Assembly (NCBI GenBank): GCA_963727445.1
Contig: CAVSGI010000014.1
Span: 320,001-384,000, forward strand
DNA: 64,000 bases
Reading direction: 5' to 3'
Origin: an uncultured delta proteobacterium
Lineage (GTDB): Bacteria > Myxococcota_A > Polyangia > Polyangiales > B10-G4
The notes under the pieces: model-generated
The model's input: the letters and a program-made list of their open reading frames with translations, nothing else
What the model was told of the DNA's origin: nothing
The model's database searches: none
Program-made: the position numbers and the translations under genes
Shown: positions 10,074-19,782 of the stretch, in pieces
Numbering within the stretch: the stretch's first letter is position 1
Layout of the letters: each line of letters begins with the position of its first letter

Positions 10074-11885
10074 ATGTGTAGCGAGAAGAAGATTTTCTCG
10101 CGGGTGGGGCTCTTTGCCCTTCTCGCCGTATTTGCGACCGCCTGCTTCGGGTCGCACGAAGACATCACGAGCGGCACAGGGCCGCTGGCCTCGGACGAGC
10201 CCGAGGAGCGCTTCATCGTCCACGTGAACGACTACGGGGCCGGCCTCGCCGCGATCCACGCGGCGGGAGGAGAGGTTCGCTTGGAGATCGAGAGCCGCGG
10301 CCTCGTATCGGTCGCCCTGCCCGATGGCGCGCTCGCGGCCCTCCGGCGCAGCCCGGCGGTCGACAGCATCGAGCGCGACCAGGTGCGTCGCCCGATGGCC
10401 GAGAGCATCCCCTGGGGCATCCGGCGCGTGCAGGCCGATCTCCTCGACGATGGAACGCCCGGCACGAAGATGGTCTGCATCATCGACGGCGGCTACTACC
10501 TCGGCCACGAGGATCTGCCCACAGCCCACGTCACGGGGGAGCCCGACGGATGGGACACCAGCGAGTGCCCGCACGGCACCCACGTCGCCGGGACCATCGC
10601 CGCCGTCGGTCACAACGACCTCGGCGTCATCGGCGTCAACCCGAGCACCATCCCCATCTACGCGGTGCAGGTCTTCGGCGGCACCGACTGCGGTTGGGTC
10701 TACAGCTCGACGCTCGTCGCGGCGGTGCAGGCCTGCGTCGCAGCCGGCGCCGACGTGATCAACATGAGCCTCGGCGGTGGCGGCTTCAGCACCGCCGAAG
10801 ACGACGCTTTCTCGGGCGCCCTCGCGGACGGCGTACTCTCCTTCGCGGCCGCGGGCAACGACAGCACCACGGGCCTGTCCTATCCGGCCTCGTACGACTC
10901 GGTCGTCTCCGTCGGCGCGACCGACGACACGGACGCCCGGGCTGACTTCTCCCAGCACAACGCCCAGGTCGAGGTCTCCGCGCCCGGCGTCGGCGTGCTC
11001 TCGACGGTGCAGTATCAGGCGAACAACGACCTGACCGTCGGCGGTGCGACCTACGAGGGCGGCTCGATGGAGGGCTCCATCGACGGCGACGCCACCGGTC
11101 CCCTCGTCGACGGCGGCGACTGCAACACCCGTCCAAGCCGCAACGCTTATCGCGGCCAGATCGTGCTCTGCCGTCGCGGCGGAGAGACCTTCCGCACCAA
11201 GGCCGACAACGTGAACCGCGGCGGTGCGGCCGGCATGCTCGTCTACAACAACGTGCCGGGGAGCTTCGGCGGCACCCTCGGGAGCGGCCGGGCATTCAAC
11301 TTCCCGATGGCCACGCTCAGCCAGGCCCAGGGCCAGGACGCAGTCGCGAACCACCTCGGAGAGGACGCCACGCTCCACGTCCTGACCATCGCCCCGGCGA
11401 GCGGTTACGACACCTACGACGGCACCTCGATGGCCACGCCCCACGCGGCCGGCGTCGCGGCGCTCGTCTGGCATCACGCAGAGACGGCCCTCGGCAGGGA
11501 CGTCAGCCCCCAAGAGATCCGCACCGCGCTCGGCGCGACCGGCTTGGATCCCACCACCGACCCCGCCACCGACGGCCGTGACGACTCGTTCGGCTACGGT
11601 ATCGTCCAGGCGGCGGATGCGCTGGCATACCTCACGAGCGGAACCACCACCCACGCGTGCGTCGCGGCTGCCGGTCAGGAGGTCACCGAGACCGACTGCG
11701 CCAACGGCATCGACGACGACTGCGACGGCACGGTCGACGCCGACGACAGCGACTGCGCCGGCGGCTCGAGCGGCGGCGGCACCACCTGCGGTGACCTCGC
11801 CCTGCCCGGCGACTCCTGTGACGTCGACGCAGACTGCTGCTTGAACGTCTGTCGCGGAAAGCCCGGCGCAAAGTCCTGCCGCTGA
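10074..11885 (+). CDS. S8 subtilase lipoprotein with PA domain and Cys-rich C-terminus
   Basis: GGGGAGGA RBS, lipobox ATAC, catalytic D (IIDGG), H (HGTHVAG), S (GTSMATPH), oxyanion AAAGN, PA insert, C-terminal DCANGIDDDCDG motif. Confidence 0.93.
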   Translation: MCSEKKIFSRVGLFALLAVFATACFGSHEDITSGTGPLASDEPEERFIVHVNDYGAGLAAIHAAGGEVRLEIESRGLVSVALPDGALAALRRSPAVDSIERDQVRRPMAESIPWGIRRVQADLLDDGTPGTKMVCIIDGGYYLGHEDLPTAHVTGEPDGWDTSECPHGTHVAGTIAAVGHNDLGVIGVNPSTIPIYAVQVFGGTDCGWVYSSTLVAAVQACVAAGADVINMSLGGGGFSTAEDDAFSGALADGVLSFAAAGNDSTTGLSYPASYDSVVSVGATDDTDARADFSQHNAQVEVSAPGVGVLSTVQYQANNDLTVGGATYEGGSMEGSIDGDATGPLVDGGDCNTRPSRNAYRGQIVLCRRGGETFRTKADNVNRGGAAGMLVYNNVPGSFGGTLGSGRAFNFPMATLSQAQGQDAVANHLGEDATLHVLTIAPASGYDTYDGTSMATPHAAGVAALVWHHAETALGRDVSPQEIRTALGATGLDPTTDPATDGRDDSFGYGIVQAADALAYLTSGTTTHACVAAAGQEVTETDCANGIDDDCDGTVDADDSDCAGGSSGGGTTCGDLALPGDSCDVDADCCLNVCRGKPGAKSCR

Positions 11886-11920
11886 CCCGAACGAGCGGGT
11901 CCTCCGCTCGACCCCAGACA

Positions 11921-11959
11921 CGCCTCCGAGGCTTCCGCCTCGGGGGCGTTTTCGTTTTC
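11921..11959 (+). terminator. Rho-independent terminator between convergent genes
   Basis: CGCCTCCGAGGC-TTCC-GCCTCGGGGGCG hairpin followed by TTTTCGTTTT. Confidence 0.85.
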
Positions 11960-11961
11960 GG

Positions 11962-13726
11962 CTAGTTGCCCAGGCGCACGACGAGGCGCGCCGTTCCGTC
12001 GGCGGCGATGTTCACGCGCCGATCGATCGGCGGCCCCTCGCCGTAAGGCATGAGGCGGACACGTCGCGTGCCAGCGGGAAGCTGGACCTCGGTGGGCGAG
12101 CGACCGACGTGACGCCCGTCCACGTAGATGTCGGCCCACCCCGGCGGCGTCGCGACGTGAAGACGCCCGCGCCCGACAGCGGCGGTCATGGCCGCGATCA
12201 TGCGCGGGCGACGGGACATGTCGGTGGAAGGCGTGTCGGCCGCCACATCCACCACCGCAACGGACTCCGCTCCCGTTCCCGCTTCCGTTCCCGCTCCCGT
12301 TCCCGTTCCCGTTCCCGTTTCCGCTCCCGTTCCCGTTCCCGTTTCCGCTTCCGCTTCCGCTTCCGTTCCCGTTCCCGTTCCCGTTCCCGTTCCCGTTTCC
12401 GCTTCCGTTCCCGTTCCCGTTCCCGTTCCCGTTTCCGCTTCCGTTCCCGCTCCCGTTTCCGTTCCCGTTCCCGTTCCCGCTGCCGCCTCCGAATCCCCCC
12501 CCCATACTCACGGCCGCAAAGGTCCCCGCGCCAGCGACCAGGCCCACCGCGATCAGCGCCGGCACGATCCAGCGCCTGCGCCCCTCGGAGACGTTGGTGG
12601 CGATGGTGCGGCTGGGCATCGACGCCGTGCCCGACTCGCCTTCCAGCGAGAGCATCGGCGCTGTGCGCACCGCCGAGGTCGACGGCTCCTCGGGATCCAT
12701 CTTTCGCGCGCGGTCCAGGAGCTCGGCGCGCTTCTTCCGCTCCTCCGCGTACAAGCTGTCCATCAGATCGGCGAGGTCGGCGCTGGTGGCGCCGCCGCTC
12801 AGACCGACCACGCGCGCGAGCTCGCGCCCCATCTCGCGCGCGGTCGTGAAGCGCTTGTCCGGATCTCGCTCGAGGGCGCGCATCACGATCGCGTCGAGCT
12901 CGGGCGGCACCTGCGGGCGAATCGTAGAGGGGGGCTCGATGGGTGCGTTCACCACCGCCGAGAGCGTCTCGAACTCACCGTCACGGCGGAAGAGACGGCG
13001 ACGCGTGAGCATCTCCCAGAGCGACACGCCCAGAGACCAGATGTCGCTGCGCCGATCGAGGGGCTTCTGCCGCGCCTGCTCCGGAGACATGTAGGCGAAC
13101 TTGCCCTTGAGGGTGCCGGTGTTGGTCTCGTGCATGCGGCCGACCGCGCTCGCGACCCCGAAGTCGACGACGCGCACCGAGCCGTCGTAGCCGACGAAGA
13201 GGTTGTGCGGGGTCATGTCGCGGTGCACGACGTGCAGCGGCTTTCCGTCCTCGCCCTTCAGCTCGTGCGCCGCGTGCAGCCCCTCGCACGCCTGCTGGAA
13301 GATGTACCCGACCAGCGCGGGGAAGCGATCGGCCGGGACCGCATCGGGGTTTTTGGAGAGGGTTCGCGCGAGCCGCGCCGCGGTCTCGCCGACCAGGTAC
13401 TCCATCGCCAGGAAGTACGTGCCGTCCGCCTCGCCGAAATCGAAGACCGTGCAGACGTTCGGGTGGTTGATGCCCGAGGCGATGCGCGCCTCGTCGAGGA
13501 ACATCTCGACGAAGTCCGTCTCCTTGGCGAGGTGCGGATGGATGATCTTGATCGCGACCAGCTTCTGAAAGCCCGCGGCCCCACTGACACGGCCGAGGTA
13601 CACCGTGGCCATCCCGCCGGAAGCCAGCTCATAACAGAGGACGTAGCGGCCCAGCTTTCGCCCGCGCTTCACCGGGTCGGGGATCAAGTCCGAGTCGGCG
13701 AGCTCGATCTCTTTGGGCTCACCCAA
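11962..13726 (-). CDS. Ser/Thr protein kinase with TM helix and C-terminal PEGA-like domain; frameshifted at a G9 tract (~12495-12503)
   Basis: [32 protein letters not shown]. Removing one G gives [18 protein letters not shown]... in frame with the PEGA ORF 11962-12255 ([15 protein letters not shown]). Confidence 0.85.
12266..12481. repeat. Hexamer microsatellite-like (CCGTTC)n variant encoding a T-G/T-E/A-E linker
   Basis: Directly visible tandem ccgttc/ccgctt/ccgttt units over about 215 bp. Confidence 0.9.
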
Positions 13727-13728
13727 GA

Positions 13729-14547
13729 TCAGAACCGGACCGTGAAGGGATCGAGCTGCGAGCTCTCGCCACCGCCGCTGCTGAGCGCGACGGCCAACGC
13801 GATGGCGACGCCCGCGACCACCGCCAGCCCGATGCCGAGCCCGATCCACAAACCGGCGCCGCCGCCACCTTCGTCGTCCTCCGCCGTCTCGCCACCCGTC
13901 GCGGCGAGCACGTCACCGCCGGCCTCGCCCCCCCCGCCGAAGCGGTGCGGGCTCGACGCCGAGCCCGAAGACGCGAGCACCGCGCCGCCCGGTCCGATCG
14001 CCTCGACGTAATACTCCACGGGTCCATCCGTGCTGACGAAGAGAGGCGCATCATCCGACCTCTCCCATGCGGACGCCGCGTCCGGGCGCCCGGATATCCG
14101 TACGGTGCGAACCAGGTGTTGGACGTCGTTCTGGGCATCCGCACGCACCGTGACCCCGCCGCCTTCGATCGCGGGTGTCGCCACTACGCGGATGGCACCC
14201 GATGCATTCGCGCGGGCATCCGCAAAGGCGCGCCGCACCTCCGGCACCGCGCGTCGGTCGAACGCGTAGTTCGGCGCGACGACCGCCAATCGCGCGAGGT
14301 CCGCGTTCATCGCGTCGTCGTTGTTGAGTGCACGGTTCACGAGCGCGCGCACCGCGAAGAGGTCCGCCAGCTCCTCGACGGTCAGATCTTCGCCAGCCTC
14401 GGCAGTGGCCAACGTGTCGAGGGCATCGACGAAGAGCGCCTCGCCGAGCTGCTCCCGGGCTTGGTCCACGAGGGGATGGGCGCTGGCGGTGACGGGGACG
14501 CCCAGCGTCGCCAGCACACCCAGAACGAAGATGGTTCGCAACCTCAT
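13729..14547 (-). CDS. Exported protein with C-terminal hydrophobic segment, kinase-associated hypothetical
   Basis: Signal peptide (ASA-H), helical N-domain, C-terminal TM-like segment, ends in F. Lies directly upstream of the kinase. Confidence 0.75.
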   Translation of the reverse strand: MRLRTIFVLGVLATLGVPVTASAHPLVDQAREQLGEALFVDALDTLATAEAGEDLTVEELADLFAVRALVNRALNNDDAMNADLARLAVVAPNYAFDRRAVPEVRRAFADARANASGAIRVVATPAIEGGGVTVRADAQNDVQHLVRTVRISGRPDAASAWERSDDAPLFVSTDGPVEYYVEAIGPGGAVLASSGSASSPHRFGGGGEAGGDVLAATGGETAEDDEGGGGAGLWIGLGIGLAVVAGVAIALAVALSSGGGESSQLDPFTVRF

Positions 14548-14590
14548 TGGCGAGCCTTGTCGCAGATCGTATCATCATCCGGCCGAGCAG

Positions 14591-16390
14591 ATGATCCGAA
14601 CGCTCAACGCCTGCGCGGCCGTCCTCGTCGCTTCATCGACGTTGCTCGCGGCCTGCTCCTCTTCCAACCTCGCGTGGGTATTCGAGTTCGGCGACCAGAC
14701 GCTGGCTGACCGAGCGGTCATCGTAGAAGGCCAGGTGCGCCAGGGGGGCTGCGACGGGGCGGTGATCTGGAGCGCCCGCGCCACCCGCGACAGCGCCGCC
14801 GACATGTCGCCCCCCGAGCTCGCCGCCGGCACCTACGGCCTCGCCGGCGTCGCCATCGACGGCGACTGCGTCGAATTCGCCACGGGATGCGTGGAGATCA
14901 CCGTCCCCTCCGGAGATGAGACGACCACCGTCACCCTCACCGCCTCGGCCGAGGACACGATGTGTCCACCGGAGCAATGCATGGACGGCACCTGCAGCGG
15001 CATGGGCGACGCGGCTATGGACGGCGCGATGGATGCGCCGCCCGACACCCCGGCGAGTGACGGCGCGCTCGACGGCGACACCGCAGTCGGCGATGCCGAC
15101 GCCGACGCGGCCGACACCGCCGTGATGGACACCAGCGTCAGCTGCACCGGCGACGGGGACTGCACCGGGGGCACCTGCGTCGGCGGCAGCTGCTGCTTCG
15201 GCTGTGTCGCCTTCGGCGCGTGCGTGAGCGGCGACGACGACGGCGCCTGCGGCCGCGGCGGCGGCGCGTGCGACGCCTGCACCTGCCCCACCGATCACTG
15301 CAACGCGGGCACCTGCGAGGTCGGCCACCCCATCAGCGCCCTCGCGACGAGCAGCACCAGCACCTGCGCCATGTCGATGGGACAGCTCTACTGCTGGGGC
15401 CAGAACGACTACGGCCAGCTAGCGCTTGGCGCGCCGAGCGCGAACCACTCGACGCCACAGACCGCGAGCACGAGCGTCGCTTTCGACGCCCTCGCCGATG
15501 GAGACAACATGTTCGCCGCGCTCGAGGGTGGCGATCTCTACGCGTGGGGCCGCAACGGCGACGGTCAGCTCGGGCTCGGCGACACGAGCGATCGCTGGAT
15601 GCCGGTGCGCGTGGGAACCGACACGACGTGGACGATGGTCGAATCCGGCAAGGGTGGTGACCACACCTGTGGTCTGCGCGGCACGGACCTCTACTGCTGG
15701 GGCCAGGGCAACTATGGCCAGGTCGGCGTCGGCGGCCTGCCCCCGGTTGTCTCGACGCCGACGATGATCGCCGGCAGTTGGATCGACGTGGCGCTGGGTC
15801 ACCATTTCACCTGCGGGATCAAGAGCGACGGAAGCCTGTGGTGCTGGGGGGACAACGTCCTCGGCCAGCTGGGCCTCGGCGACGCGGGCATGGGCACGGG
15901 GCGGTCCACCCCCACCCGGGTCGGTTCGGCCACCGATTGGACGCACGTCGCGGCGGGAGACAGTCACGCCTGCGGCCTGCGCGGGGCCGGCACACTCTGG
16001 TGCTGGGGGCAGAACGACCACGGAGAGCTCGGCCTCGGAAACCGCCTGACGACGATCTACACCCCGACACAGGCAGGCACCGAGAGCGATTGGGTGGAGC
16101 TCGAGGGGGGCGAGGACCACACCTGTGGCACTCGCGCCGGCGGGTCGCTCTGGTGTTGGGGCATCAACACTTCGGGCCAGTGCGGCAACGGGAGCTCGGG
16201 GGGTGCGGACGTCCTCGATCCCACGCGGATGGAGTCCGCCACTGGCTGGTCCCAGCTCGACCTGGGCCTTGATTTCGGATGCGTCGTGGACCCAGACGAC
16301 GCTCTCTACTGCTGGGGCCGGAACGAGACCGGCGCGCTCGGCATCGGCGTCACCACCGTGCACCGGATAATGCAGGCCGTCTGCTGGTGA
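14591..16390 (+). CDS. RCC1/BLIP-II-like repeat lipoprotein with Cys-rich region
   Basis: Lipobox LAAC and about 7 repeats of HTCG...LWCWG.N..GQLG.G. Confidence 0.9.
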   Translation: MIRTLNACAAVLVASSTLLAACSSSNLAWVFEFGDQTLADRAVIVEGQVRQGGCDGAVIWSARATRDSAADMSPPELAAGTYGLAGVAIDGDCVEFATGCVEITVPSGDETTTVTLTASAEDTMCPPEQCMDGTCSGMGDAAMDGAMDAPPDTPASDGALDGDTAVGDADADAADTAVMDTSVSCTGDGDCTGGTCVGGSCCFGCVAFGACVSGDDDGACGRGGGACDACTCPTDHCNAGTCEVGHPISALATSSTSTCAMSMGQLYCWGQNDYGQLALGAPSANHSTPQTASTSVAFDALADGDNMFAALEGGDLYAWGRNGDGQLGLGDTSDRWMPVRVGTDTTWTMVESGKGGDHTCGLRGTDLYCWGQGNYGQVGVGGLPPVVSTPTMIAGSWIDVALGHHFTCGIKSDGSLWCWGDNVLGQLGLGDAGMGTGRSTPTRVGSATDWTHVAAGDSHACGLRGAGTLWCWGQNDHGELGLGNRLTTIYTPTQAGTESDWVELEGGEDHTCGTRAGGSLWCWGINTSGQCGNGSSGGADVLDPTRMESATGWSQLDLGLDFGCVVDPDDALYCWGRNETGALGIGVTTVHRIMQAVCW

Positions 16391-16444
16391 GCGGAAGCCT
16401 CCGCTCGATGGCGGCACGTGAGGTATCATCCGTTGGGGGGTCAC

Positions 16445-16987
16445 ATGGACCGACTTGCCTCGACCATCGGCTGCATCGTCGTCCTTTCATCGTGCGGGGG
16501 AGGCGCGGGGGGTGGCAGCGGCTTCCCACCCGACTACCCGGGCAGCGAGGCCGCCCACGAGCGGACGTCGGCCGCCGGCGAGCCCGCGGGAGACGCCTTC
16601 GGCGACGAGCTCACGCTCGTCTATCAGGACGCGCAGAGCGCCTGCTTCGATGGGCTCTTCCGCGCCGCCTTCAGAGACGACGGCCGGCTCTCCGCCGCCA
16701 CCATCACCTGCACCGAGGACGACTCGCACGCTACCGCCAGCGTCACCGCCGAGATGGTGTCCGTCTACGACTACGGAGAGGGTGGCGATCTCGAAGACGT
16801 GGTCACCGAGGACATCACCTCCGACGCCTACGCCGAGGCGTCCCTGGCGCCGCCCGAGCCTCCGGCCACCCGCGTGGTCGAACGGCGCGCCCGGATCTGC
16901 TGCGAGATCGCGGCGAGCGACCACCTCCAGGTCCAGGTCAACGGCGCCGGAGGCGGCTCGTTGACCTTCGACTTCGACGGGACCTGA
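16445..16987 (+). CDS. Hypothetical lipoprotein
   Basis: Lipobox LSSC and GC3-biased codon usage. Confidence 0.65.
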   Translation: MDRLASTIGCIVVLSSCGGGAGGGSGFPPDYPGSEAAHERTSAAGEPAGDAFGDELTLVYQDAQSACFDGLFRAAFRDDGRLSAATITCTEDDSHATASVTAEMVSVYDYGEGGDLEDVVTEDITSDAYAEASLAPPEPPATRVVERRARICCEIAASDHLQVQVNGAGGGSLTFDFDGT

Positions 16988-17047
16988 AGGGCCGATAGCA
17001 GTAGCCGCGCGAGCCGCCCCCTGGCTACGCTCGCCCGTCACCGCGCC

Positions 17048-18901
17048 ATGGGCCTCCACTTCCACAACACCGCGGCGTTCAGCGTCGCCCTGGCTCTCGC
17101 CGCGGGGATGGTGGGGCAGACCCTCGCCTATCACCTGCGACTGCCCGGCATCGTGGTGCTGCTCTTCTTCGGTGTGCTCCTCGGGCCGGACGTCGGCAAC
17201 CTCGTCCAGCCTCAGCTGCTCGGGGACGGCCTTCCGGCGCTCGTCGGCTTCGCGGTGGCCATCATCCTCTTCGAAGGCGGGATGAACCTCGACATTCGCC
17301 GCGTGCGAAGCGAGGAGAAGCCGATCCGCAAGCTCATCACCATCGGCGCGTTCGTGAGCCTGGTGGTGGGAATGCTCCTGGCGATGATCGTGATGGGGTG
17401 GGAGTGGCAGCGCTCGTTGCTCTTCGGGACGCTCGTGATCGTCACCGGGCCCACGGTGGTCACGCCGCTCCTCAGGCGCCTCAACGTCCAGCGCAGTGTC
17501 GCCACCGTGCTCGAAGCCGAGGGCGTGCTCATCGACGCGGTGGGCGCCATCACCGCCGCGGTCGCCCTCGAGCTGGTCGTCTCGCCTTCGGGAACCGACC
17601 TGGTCCTCGCGCTGCCTGCGATCTTCGGGCGTCTGGTCTTCGGAACGGTGCTCGGGCTGGTCGGTGGGCTCGCGTTCGGACTCGTCCTTCGCTACCGCAA
17701 CGTGATCCCCGAAGGCTACGAGACGGTCTTCACGCTGGCCTGCGCGGTCGCCGTCTTTCAGTGCTCCAACTCCTTCGTCCACGAGAGCGGCATCGCGGCG
17801 GTGACGGTGGCGGGGCTGGTGGTCGGCAATCTCCACATCCACGCCCATCACGAGATCGCGGAGTTCAAAGAGCAGCTAACCGTGATGCTGATCGGCATGC
17901 TCTTCGTTCTGTTGGTCGCGGACGTGCGCCTCGCCGACGTCGCCGCCCTCGGATGGCAGGGCGGGGTGGTCGCGGCGGGCTCCATCGTGCTGGTGCGACC
18001 GCTGAGCGTCGCCGCGAGCACCTATCGAACGCGGCTGACCACCAAGGAGCGCATCTTCATCGGCGCGATTGGACCGCGCGGCATCGTCGCAGCCGCGGTC
18101 GCGTCGATCTTCGGCTTCGAGCTCGCCTCGGCCGGCATGCGCGGCGGCACCGCGCTCCGCTCGCTGGTCTTCCTGGTCATCGCCGTCACCGTGGTGTGGT
18201 CCGCCCTCACCGGCGGGCTCGCCGCTTCACTACTGAAGCTCCGCCGGCGCACGGGCGCGGGATGGATCGTCCTCGGCGGAAACCCACTCGCGCGCCTGCT
18301 CGCCCGGGAGCTTCAGAGCGCCGGCTGCGAGGTGGTCGCCATCGACAACGACGCTCAGAACATCGCCGCTTACGAGCAGGCCGGCGTGCGCGCGATCCGC
18401 GGCAACGCCCTCGAGCAGAGCGTGCACGAACGTGCCGAGCTCGACACCCGCGCCGGCGCCATCGCCGCCACCACCAACGAAGACGTGAACTATCTCTTCG
18501 GCGAAAAGGCGCGGCTCAATCATCGCGCCATCCGCTACCCGGTGGTCCTCACCCGCTGGGACGAAGGCGTCACCGAGCGCATGGTCGACGACTTCGGCGG
18601 TGAGGTGATGTGCGGCTCCGCGGTCGCCGTGAGCGCGTGGGCGAAGCGCCTCGACGCCACCGAGGCGACCTTCGAGTGGTTCCGCTTCGAGGGCAATCGC
18701 AAGTCGCCCTCCTTCTTCACCCCCACCGACGCCGACCCGCCCTATCTCGCACTGCTCCGAAGACGCAAGAAGGTCGCGGAGCCCGTGACGGGACGCACGC
18801 GTATCCGCAAGGGCGACCGCATCGCGTTCCTGATTCACGAAGAGCGTCGGGAACGCGCGGAAAAGGCGCTCGCCATCTGCGGCTTGCGCAAAGCAGGCTG
18901 A
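17048..18901 (+). CDS. CPA1/NhaP-type Na+(K+)/H+ antiporter with TrkA-N-like domain
   Basis: ILFEGG, VTGPTVV, EGVLID and GPRGIVAAA motifs, about 12 TMs, C-terminal WIVLGGNPLAR. Confidence 0.9.
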   Translation: MGLHFHNTAAFSVALALAAGMVGQTLAYHLRLPGIVVLLFFGVLLGPDVGNLVQPQLLGDGLPALVGFAVAIILFEGGMNLDIRRVRSEEKPIRKLITIGAFVSLVVGMLLAMIVMGWEWQRSLLFGTLVIVTGPTVVTPLLRRLNVQRSVATVLEAEGVLIDAVGAITAAVALELVVSPSGTDLVLALPAIFGRLVFGTVLGLVGGLAFGLVLRYRNVIPEGYETVFTLACAVAVFQCSNSFVHESGIAAVTVAGLVVGNLHIHAHHEIAEFKEQLTVMLIGMLFVLLVADVRLADVAALGWQGGVVAAGSIVLVRPLSVAASTYRTRLTTKERIFIGAIGPRGIVAAAVASIFGFELASAGMRGGTALRSLVFLVIAVTVVWSALTGGLAASLLKLRRRTGAGWIVLGGNPLARLLARELQSAGCEVVAIDNDAQNIAAYEQAGVRAIRGNALEQSVHERAELDTRAGAIAATTNEDVNYLFGEKARLNHRAIRYPVVLTRWDEGVTERMVDDFGGEVMCGSAVAVSAWAKRLDATEATFEWFRFEGNRKSPSFFTPTDADPPYLALLRRRKKVAEPVTGRTRIRKGDRIAFLIHEERRERAEKALAICGLRKAG

Positions 18902-18960
18902 GCGCCGCAGCAGCAAAAGACCCTCTGGATCGGCGCGGCGATGCGGCCTACCGTTCGGTC

Positions 18961-19740
18961 GTGGCAACCCCTCCTGGTGACGTCGGTCTCTCCATCCTCA
19001 GAACGGTGCTCGAAGAGCACGTGTCGCTGGAGCTGGCACCGAAGCTCCTCTTCGCAGCGCTCTCCAAGCTCCCCCCCGAGGCGGACATCCCGAAGGTGGA
19101 ATCGGAGGTGCGAAGCTTCATCAACGGACCCCTGGCCCAGGTGCTGCACGAAAAGCTCGGCACCGAAGACGGCGGCGTCGTTCACGCGTCCCTCATCAGC
19201 GCCCTCGCCAAGGAAGCCGGCACGCTGCCGCCGCCGGGCTCGCCCGCGGCGGAAGAAGAGGTGTGGGTGGACGTCGCCCTGCCCGAGAGCTTCCCCTCCG
19301 ATTCGCCGGCGCCCTTCGCCGAGTCGCGGCCGACCCTCGAGGTCGACATCAACGCGCTGCGCGGCGAGACGACCATGCTCCTGATCATCGCCCGCACCAC
19401 CCGCCTCGCGCGGTGGATCCGCGCGGCCTTCGGCGGCGAGCGCGTCACCACCTCGGTCAGCACCAACATCGGCGAGTCTCGCGAGCGCATGAAGGTGCTC
19501 AAGCCGAACATCATCATCATCGACGGCCAGGATTCGGCCGACGCCTCTCCGGGTGAGCTGGCGATGCTCCTCACCGGGGCGCCCGAGACCGCCCTGGTGA
19601 TCCTCTGGGCCGCCGACCAGCCGGGCGGAAGCGCCGCCGCCGCCTCCTTCGAAGCCAACGGAAACCGCTTCGTCCCCGTGCCCCGGGGCGCCGGCTTCGA
19701 GCCGATGCTCGACTACATCCGCGCCCGCGTGTCGGGCTAG
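18961..19740 (+). CDS. Hypothetical protein with C-terminal receiver-like alpha/beta domain
   Basis: Good codon bias and a KPNIIIIDG receiver-like strand. Start GTG estimated. Confidence 0.6.
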   Translation: MATPPGDVGLSILRTVLEEHVSLELAPKLLFAALSKLPPEADIPKVESEVRSFINGPLAQVLHEKLGTEDGGVVHASLISALAKEAGTLPPPGSPAAEEEVWVDVALPESFPSDSPAPFAESRPTLEVDINALRGETTMLLIIARTTRLARWIRAAFGGERVTTSVSTNIGESRERMKVLKPNIIIIDGQDSADASPGELAMLLTGAPETALVILWAADQPGGSAAAASFEANGNRFVPVPRGAGFEPMLDYIRARVSG

Positions 19741-19782
19741 CGCCTGGTTGAAGGGCGGTGTCGATCGGCTAGTCTGCGCGCC

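Noticed and set aside
12266..12481. Possible CRISPR or other spaced repeat array
   Set aside because: Contiguous 6-bp units without unique spacers, inside a coding linker; no cas genes in the window.
12109..12849. RS/RF-repeat ORF resembling an SR protein, and the VPVP-repeat ORF 12188-14011
   Set aside because: Alternative-frame readings of the hexamer repeat on the strand opposite the kinase.
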